Both the position numbers and the translations under genes were made by a program. The notes under the pieces were generated by a model. That model ran no database searches and had not been told where the DNA came from. It was given only the letters and a program-made list of their open reading frames with translations. Shown piece after piece: positions 55,520-64,000 of a stretch of DNA of 64,000 nt (position 1 is the first letter of the stretch; each line of letters opens with the position of its first letter). The stretch spans positions 177,506,001 through 177,570,000 of the forward strand of contig CM097885.1 in the NCBI GenBank assembly GCA_044892525.1. Direction: 5' to 3'. The DNA comes from Schmidtea polychroa (Eukaryota).

Positions 55520-55659
55520 NNNNNNNNNNNNNNNNNNNNNNNNNNNNNNNNNNNNNNNNNNNNNNNNNNNNNNNNNNNNNNNNNNNNNNNNNNNNNNNNN
55601 NNNNNNNNNNNNNNNNNNNNNNNNNNNNNNNNNNNNNNNNNNNNNNNNNNNNNNNNNNN
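55520..55659. other. Assembly gap (N run)
   Basis: Direct. Confidence 1.
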
Positions 55660-56229
55660 ATTATAGAAGCTTTAAAAACTATTTTAAAAATTATTAACGT
55701 TTTGTTTTGAATTTTAGAGGATATTTTATAAAAATATTTATAATTTTTATATTCTTCAGAAAAAAGTTTATTATTATTTTTTTCCAATGAGAAGTAAGAA
55801 AAAGGAAATAAAAGAAGATCAAAAAGCATTTAAAAACAGAAGAAACTAAATTCCAGGAAAATGAAAGGGACTATTTAACAGCTGAACACTTTTTCATTTG
55901 TATTAAATATATAATTCGAGGCAAAAGTCTTAAATTATCATTTAATTGTTTAACATTTAATTAACTCTGTTACGAAGAAATCAATTGGAACTATGGAATT
56001 TAGCTAGAATCAACGAGAAAATTGCGAAATTATACCGCCGAATAAATTTACATTGCCGTTTTAATGAAACAAAGATTTTTCTTATAACAATTGACAACAT
56101 GCACTTATCTCAGATTCTCAACAAAGATCAAAACATCAAGTATTAGAAGTATGTGCAAAGTATGTGCGGAGAAACTCATCGGGAACAAAAGAATCAAGAA
56201 AACATCTTGTAAACGTACTTGATTAACCA

Positions 56230-57250
56230 CCCAAGAGAGCTGATCTACGAAGTACCAAGACTAGCTTTCATCACAACAGAAGTACATTATTTCCTACGAT
56301 TTGACAAAAAAACCTTTTGAGAAAAAAGAAACTAAAAGTAGGCCCTGGGAAGAACAAGAAAATACTGAACGAAAACAAATCTACAGTGAACAAGGTAAAC
56401 AAAGAATTAGTAACCGACCTCACAAATTGTCTATCCAATTGTAAAAGGGGATTACTTTTACTAGAACCAAAGTTCAATGTAAGAATAGATAACACATTCA
56501 CCCTGAATTTCAAAACGGCTCTTTGCGGAATTCCATATCAAATGAAAAAATATCATACCTCATGTAAACAACGAAGAAAAGCTCCCAGTATATACATGCA
56601 CAGATAAACTCTGATCAAAATCTTAATGCAGAATTAGATTTAATACTTTCAAAGGTTTGTCGCAAAATCTGGATATAGTTGAGAAAGAAAAAAGAAAACT
56701 ATATCTCTCAAACTTATCAATAAATGAACAAGCCATGTTAAAATCTGTTAAAAAGAACAAGCGAGGAAAACCGTTACTGTGAAGCTGCTTACAAACAACT
56801 CGGCAACATCGATACACCAAATATCATCGAAATGAAAATCAACAAAGTATGGAATATATTTCATATATTTAATGCGGCTCACCGAGATATTAAGTTTATA
56901 TCAAATATCCTGAAGAATATGAATCCCTCAATCTACTAGACTTAAAAATTAAAATAGAAGTAGATACTCCAATATAAGAGTTCTACAAAAAACCGGTTCG
57001 CAAAGAAATATTTATGCACCAAGGATCAGCACTTCCATATTTACAGAAAGCAAATGTCATACAAAACGAGAAACAAAGGATATTCAATCGATGTACTGAA
57101 GAAAATGAAAACTATAAAGAGCAAATAAACTTCAATAAAATCATACACAGAAATGGATATCAAAGTAAGGATATTGAAAGAATGAATTCTACCCCAAAAA
57201 GATCTAGGGAGATAACACAAAAAGAAATATTTTTATTTGAATAAACCATT
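56230..57250 (+). pseudogene. Decayed Penelope-like ORF fragments (N-terminal region and RT thumb)
   Basis: MHQGSALPYLQKANVIQNEKQRIFNRCT...IIHRNGYQ matches the PLE H.S.HP...K..VI...RI...C...L..NGY pattern; RT core appears deleted. Confidence 0.6.
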
Positions 57251-58057
57251 CATCAGTGACATACTCGACTTCAATATCCTGAAAGAACTTAAAAAACTTT
57301 CGGCACTGTCTTTTTCAAATGATTTTGATTTTTTGGATCAAAATCAATTAAAAAAGCAGTGTCAAAAATTCGTGAATATCAAAAATCATCGATATATTTA
57401 CTGATTTATAGTCAAGGTTTTTAATAAATACAATGTCAATTTATTTATATATATATATAATGATTTATGGTGATAATATTTTAAAATTAATATAAATAAT
57501 ATTTTTCATATCCTTTTGTTCTTCCTTTAATGCTTCTAAAAATATTGGAAAATATTTGAAAGCATTGCCAATCGATAATTTCTACAAATAAATATAGATT
57601 TCAAAGTTAATTTCAATTTGGTTTCACAGTGCCGCATTGACTAAATGAAAGATGATTAATTATGCAATTAGCGCCGCGCGTCTTGTAGATTTCTAAATGT
57701 ATATTGGTGCAAATGTACAGATTTATGTTACGATTTTCACCGCATATCGATTTTCAAAAATTATATGATTTTAACTTTCATTAAAAATTGTTTATGTAGC
57801 TTGAGATCTCAACATATGAATGAGATTTTCGGGTTGACTTTCGTCAGTTGACCAACTGAGCACATGGTAGACTTTCATATCGTAGGTAACTTTATAGTTG
57901 ATCAATTCGCGTAAGTATGGAATGAACTACAATAGTATGACATTATATTTTTTAAGAAGTATATATTTTCAATGAAATTAGATAGCTACGCTACCGAAAA
58001 TAATAATATTATTACTAATAATATTAAACAGTTAATGCTGCTACCAAGAAATCATCA

Positions 58058-58214
58058 NNNNNNNNNNNNNNNNNNNNNNNNNNNNNNNNNNNNNNNNNNN
58101 NNNNNNNNNNNNNNNNNNNNNNNNNNNNNNNNNNNNNNNNNNNNNNNNNNNNNNNNNNNNNNNNNNNNNNNNNNNNNNNNNNNNNNNNNNNNNNNNNNNN
58201 NNNNNNNNNNNNNN
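58058..58214. other. Assembly gap (N run)
   Basis: Direct. Confidence 1.
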
Positions 58215-60722
58215 ATAAATATTAACAAACGCCATTCAAACATCACTTATACGATATATTTCGACAAGTTCATTGTCATAATAAAATTGGAAAGAAAACT
58301 ATATTTTTTAAATTTTATTATTCAAGCAAATTACAAAAATATTAAAAAATCATAAAATAAAATTTAATATTTTTTAAAATAAATTTTAGTTTTTAATAGT
58401 CATTTTCAAAATTAAACATTTTAAAATTTAAAATTTAAACAAGCATTTTTCTATTAAATATAATAATTTTTCAATAATATAATAATTTTTAAAATTACAT
58501 TATAATTATTTATTATAATAATTTAATATTTCAAATTATTTAAATGGAAAACATATCATATGCACTACATTTTGCATTTTCAATTTTTTAACACATTTAA
58601 AACACAAATATTCACAGAAACACATCATTCTTTTGTTGGGTTATTATTTAACAAATCGGTTAGTTTCTGACTCCTCGTGTCCTTTATTATTGCAATCGAA
58701 TAACTAAAACCTAACACAAAACACTGTATTCAATTTTGATTACAATTACAACTTATTATAATATCTGGACCTTTCTTTCGAAATAATCTATAGGGTAGAT
58801 TGCTCAATTCGTAATTATCTTTTCTGGTAAGATTATTTGTAATTTTCTTTAATTTCATTTAAATTTTATCTTAGGCTTTTCATGAAACTTCACAAGCGTT
58901 CGCAAATTCTTTATTGCTTTATTCAATCAACTGGAAATTCGCTTTCTAAAGGTTTTCTTTTTATACTCTGTCTTTCAAAACAATTTAATTGCTATCCAAC
59001 AATTTTTCTCTCATTTCAAGTCTAATTGCCTCAACAAAAAGTAAATTGATAGGCCCCGTCTTTGATATATTATTTAAACTTATTCTGATAATTTGATAAT
59101 CTCTCAGATTTCCATAACTTCTCGACTGTCTATACACATCGTGTTTTTCACAGTGCTCAGGGTTCCTATAGACTCGGACTTTCCATTAGACCAGGCTGAT
59201 TAATTAATTTTAATTAAATTTCTTGTACGGTATAACTTTTCCTGTGGACCCTTCATTAAGTTATTATTATCATTCAAGGGCTCGTCTCTCGATTTGGTTT
59301 ACAACCATACCCATTTTCCCCGATCAATATTATTTTTCAAATTTTATAAGTTTTCATTAATTTTTGCACTTTTCTCATTTCGATATTTTTATTGATTTTA
59401 TTTGTGTTTCAATTTTTATTTTGTGCATTTTTACATTACCCAACACTTTACTCACTAATTATAAATTACATATTACACTCAATAATATTCATCAATCTTT
59501 ACAGTTAACAGTGCTGAAGAACCCAAGTAAGGAGATTACGAGTAGTCATTTCCACGAATGTGATTTTGCACCCATGACATTTAAATTAAAAACGACGATC
59601 CAAATACAACCTTACCGGTATTTAAAATACACTAATAAATACTAGATAATTTTGTTGAGGATTTTTAAAAATTGAAAAATTAGTACTTGCAAAAAGGCGT
59701 ACAATGATGGAGGGAAAATGAATAAAATATAAAAGAAATGCTGTTCCACAATTTAGAGAAGCAGACGTGAAAAAATTGAGAAAACGAGAATAAATACCAA
59801 AAATCAATGAAACCAAACAGTAAAACAAGATAAAATTATTATTAATTAGTAATTACAAATTTAATCCTCTCCGTGTAAAAAATAATTTATAACGAGCTAA
59901 AAATCTGAAAATTGGTATATAAGCTAATATGTTGGTGCTAAAGACAAAAAAAATATTTTTTTTCACCTGAGATTTCTCACCTGGCAGGTAGACTATGTAT
60001 AATATATTCGACACTGCCACTCAAAGGTTGTATGTAGATGAAAGAAAATACAAGTTTGATAGTAATTGATATTGTTATATCAATACTCACAATTTTTTTG
60101 TCAAAATCCGATCACTGTAACTACAATAATTTTTCTTTTAAAATTCAAACTTTTTACCAACGTAATGGTCACTGCAATAATATTCTTAAAAAACCTATTT
60201 CACTTGTTTACTCACCGGTTGCAAAATAGTAATGAAATAAATATGGTTTTTTCTAACCATAGAAAGAGACAGGGGCATATAATTTTAAAATTTACCATTA
60301 ACATTTCGATTTCAATCACATCTTGCTTTAATGTCAAATATATTCGACAAATATACGGAGAGGGTTAAAAGGAAAAACAAAATTTTAAACAAATTGGGAA
60401 ATGAAAATTTCTTATCTTGATAGCTTATACAAGATAACAAGATGGATCAAATGGGAAGTCGGAGGTTTGTTTATTAAAGTTGGAAAAGTGGAAGCAACAG
60501 CAAATTCAATGGAGTACTATTGAATTTATATATTATAAAAGCGAAAAATATTTGATTAAGAAACACAAGAGAAGAGAACGACAACGAAATAAAAAGACGA
60601 AGGCAAAATAAAACACAAAATTATTGGAGAAAAATACTTCCAGACCAAAGAAACAATTTAAAATCAAATTATAAATCAAAGTTATTTATATTTATTAGTC
60701 AAAGCAAGAAAATCTATTGGAT

Positions 60723-60790
60723 CAGCGTTTCTCAACCTCTGGTCCGTGATCCAATACTCGGTTGCAAAAAAATAAAATTGGTCCGCGTAC
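60723..60790 (+). mobile_element. Isolated hAT-like left terminus
   Basis: CAGCGTTTCTCAACCTCTGGTCCG; no matching right TIR found. Confidence 0.35.
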
Positions 60791-63700
60791 AAATAGATAG
60801 ATTTTTTCTCGGCAGTACGTTTTGGGTTGAGTAGCACTGTATTAGATAGATTCTACCGATTATCAAAATCAGAAGGAATCATGCGGTGGTCATAAATTCT
60901 AAGTTGTATTTAATAGTGTTATTTTCCACAACGTGTTCTAATAAACACTAATTAACCATGTACGCAATATTGAATCATTTGTGTCGAAAATTTGTATCAA
61001 TTGTACAGATTAATAAAAGTTTATATTGTTTGAAATTCGTTATTATTGTCAACCAAAACACGCTTTGGATTCAGATAAATAATTGTTCATTTCACATTTT
61101 ACCGACAAACACTACAATTTTATAATGTTGATTACTCAACTGCTTATTCAACATCTTTTCACAATCCCTATACAACTCTGAGTAAGATAATCCCAATGCA
61201 AATTATTGCCCATTATATTCACCAAAAGTACTAAGGCACTGTAACACAACCTCCAATGCAAAAATATTAGTAATATCACCGAATATCACTCATTCAAGAA
61301 TTTAAAGAATTATAACGACCATCGGTTATTGATCATCTTCTCAACCAATTTATAGACACTTTTTCCAAGGCACCACCCGAAATAGCTAGTTATAACTCAC
61401 ATAAACTTTCCAATCATAGGTAGTTTTTTTATTCACTGAAGTCCTTTTTTTCTTCACTGATTACAAGATCCCTCTTTTGAATATTGTAACAGCTGAAGTA
61501 TAATTTTTAAATAAAAAACAATAAAAACAATAAAAGTATATGCTCCACAAACATCATTTATACGATATATTTCAACAGATTCAATATCATTATCAAGTAG
61601 AAAATAAAATACGACAATGAAACCTGTATTATCTGCACCTTGATTATCCAAAATTTCGATTATCCAGGTTGAACAAAAGAAATTTAACAACCAATAATAC
61701 AGAATCCGTAACTTGAAACGCGCCCAACAATGTATGAGACTAAATTGCATTGACTCACGAACAACCAAAGCTCACAGATGGTCATAAAGTCCTAACTGAT
61801 ATGAGTCAGTATTGCGCAATAGTCGAAAATTCTGATAACTGAGTTAAAAGGAATTTTTGGTGCTTCTGTAAAATGATTCTCACTTGAGATTTAAATATTT
61901 ATTTTTAATATTGCCGATATATTATGGAAAAGAAAGCTTGTTGTGCAATCATTAAAAGACAAGTTTGATATTATCAATACCGTATAAAGAGGTTTTTCGA
62001 GACATTTTTTGTCCAATGAACATGGCGTGGGTATCTCAATAAGCTTGAATATAAAAAAACAATGTGAAAACATACAACTTACTAATCGTATGATATCCAA
62101 CGATGGCAGCTCAGAGCGCAAAGTTATGGAAAGATCACGAACTGAAAGAGTCGAAGAATGTATTTTCACTTGACTCTTTCAAAAGATAATCGATGTTCAA
62201 TTTTAAAGATTTTAAATTGCTCATTCAAACAATTTATAAAATTCTTAAAAATCATAAACCAAATAATTAATTTATTTTTAATATTCTAATTTGAAATGAC
62301 CGAACAAATGTAAATTTATTTTATTTGATAAATAAAGTGAATAAAAATTGTTGACTTTCCAAGAAATTTCAATTAACCGGAAGAATAAATCATAAAAGTA
62401 ATAAAAATTAAAAATTTTATTTTCAGTCAGAAACAAATTTCTGAAATTTTATTGAATTGTCTTTCAATTTTTAATAGAAATATTATTGAAACTGATAAAT
62501 ATGGCAATATTATTATATTTTAGGGTGCATGAAAATCACAAATATTTATTAGGGCCTTTTTGTATTATTGTGCTATTTTGAATATGCTTTATTTGTTAGA
62601 TAATCATGTGAATGAAGATTTTTAAATCAAATTTATAATTTAATTTATTAATATTTATTTTGTTTATAAATACACTTGATTCTTCACTGCACACTGTGTC
62701 ACTGTGATTCCAAAATTAAAACAAATATTGAATATGCAAGTTCATTTAAATTAAAATTAAACTTTGCATAATGTCGATAAACCAAAATAATAATTTGGGA
62801 ATTCGAGATGATATTTCAGAATTAATTTCCTAATTTAATTAAATTAATAATGCCTATTGTCAGCTCCTTACCACATTCCCACTGTCAGAGTCATTTTAAT
62901 TATTAAAACCAATTTAGACTCAATAAAGGGTCGAAATGGTGAGTTCAGGAGACAATATTTAAAAGAAAGTTAATTTAGACATATTAAATGGTCGAAATAG
63001 TGGGTTCAGTGGGTGAAGAGTTAAATGTTATGGGTAATCTTGATTTAAGGGTTATTGATGGTTAAAGTTTCAGGCTATTAAAAAAATAATAATGATAATA
63101 ATAATAAAAAGATTATTAATAATAACCTTAAAAATTAAGAGAAGTTGTGAGGGCAGTGTTAAAGTTGACAAATACTGTGAAAATGTTGTGGTTATGACCA
63201 AATGACTTTTGTCAAATGACGCTTGAGTAAAGTGGGTTTCGTTGAATGAGAGTTGGCAAATCCTTTACTTTTTGGAATTTAATCCTAACCAGTTTTTGAC
63301 AAAGGATCCAATCGTACAAATGGTTGATGTATAAATAAAACTCTTTGTATCGTGATCTTCGACTAATGTTGACCTATCCTCAAAGAAATTACATATTTCC
63401 ATGATTGGATGCAGTTAAATCCTAAAAAATAAAATAGTCCTAGCGGTTTTTTACAAATAGATTTTGGTCGAAATTGTTTAAAAACATGTCATGTTAAAGG
63501 TAAACTATATTATAGTTCAAAAGTAAATTGCATGGGGTTTCATTCCACATAAATTCAGTATGCGAATATCTCTTTAGAATTAATAATTGTAACAAAATTT
63601 CAGTAATTATGGGAAAGAATTTACATTTTTTACATACCTTATCATTTAGTCTATAATTTGGCAAATTACTTTTTTAAAAAGAAATTTGATTTATTAAAAT

Positions 63701-64000
63701 TTTTTGATTTATTATAAATTTATGATTAACTTTGTAATTTTAATTAATTTTTTAATTTAAAATTTTCTAAATTAAATTTAAAAATCATTGTAAAATAAAT
63801 TTTAAATTAAAATTAAATTTTTTTCTTTTAGTTCATTAACGTATAGTCGGGAACTAAATGAAGATAAATGAAATCGTAAATGAAAACTGTAAAGTAAAAA
63901 TATTATTAGTTTATATTTAAATAATTTTTCTATTAATACCTAATTCTTGAAATTGTATATTAAATGAATCTAGTGAAATTAAAAATGAGATATTATTACA

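Noticed and set aside
55393-58355. ORFs spanning N runs (also 26433-26663)
   Set aside because: Artefacts of untranslatable gap bases.
62860-63430. Possible piggyBac end and a minus-strand exon
   Set aside because: No partner TIR and no frame that stays open from the candidate acceptor.

Overview
AT-rich eukaryotic (invertebrate, possibly flatworm; inference) scaffold with three N gaps. Bases 1-~26,026 are one giant Ty3/Gypsy LTR retroelement whose 5' LTR appears to lie left of the window. It encodes a ~4,617-aa polyprotein, split only by one extra A in a homopolymer at ~12,840. Domain order: Gag (3 CCHC knuckles) - three ubiquitin-like domains - Bcl-2-like domain - chuvirus/BEL-Pao-type glycoprotein with internal signal peptide, furin site and TM - protease - RT - RNase H - integrase - duplicated ankyrin block - second signal/TM module. 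Five co-oriented intronless accessory ORFs follow: a full-length TRAF, three coiled-coil proteins and a type I membrane protein, each with a splice-acceptor-like AG just before its ATG. The putative 3' LTR carries another ORF and abuts a host IAP-type RING coding fragment. The element therefore looks like an enveloped retrovirus-like agent with an anti-apoptosis/NF-kB toolkit. It resembles the giant planarian Burro elements (from memory, to be verified), but the in-frame envelope upstream of the protease is the most unusual trait. The rest of the window holds one host gene (intronless Diaphanous-related formin, 31,052-34,051), two small decayed Gypsy elements (one carrying a captured RNF115/126-like mRNA fragment), Penelope remnants with a minimal hammerhead ribozyme, and hAT, Tigger/pogo, piggyBac-like and Mutator/Kolobok-like DNA transposon relics and MITEs.
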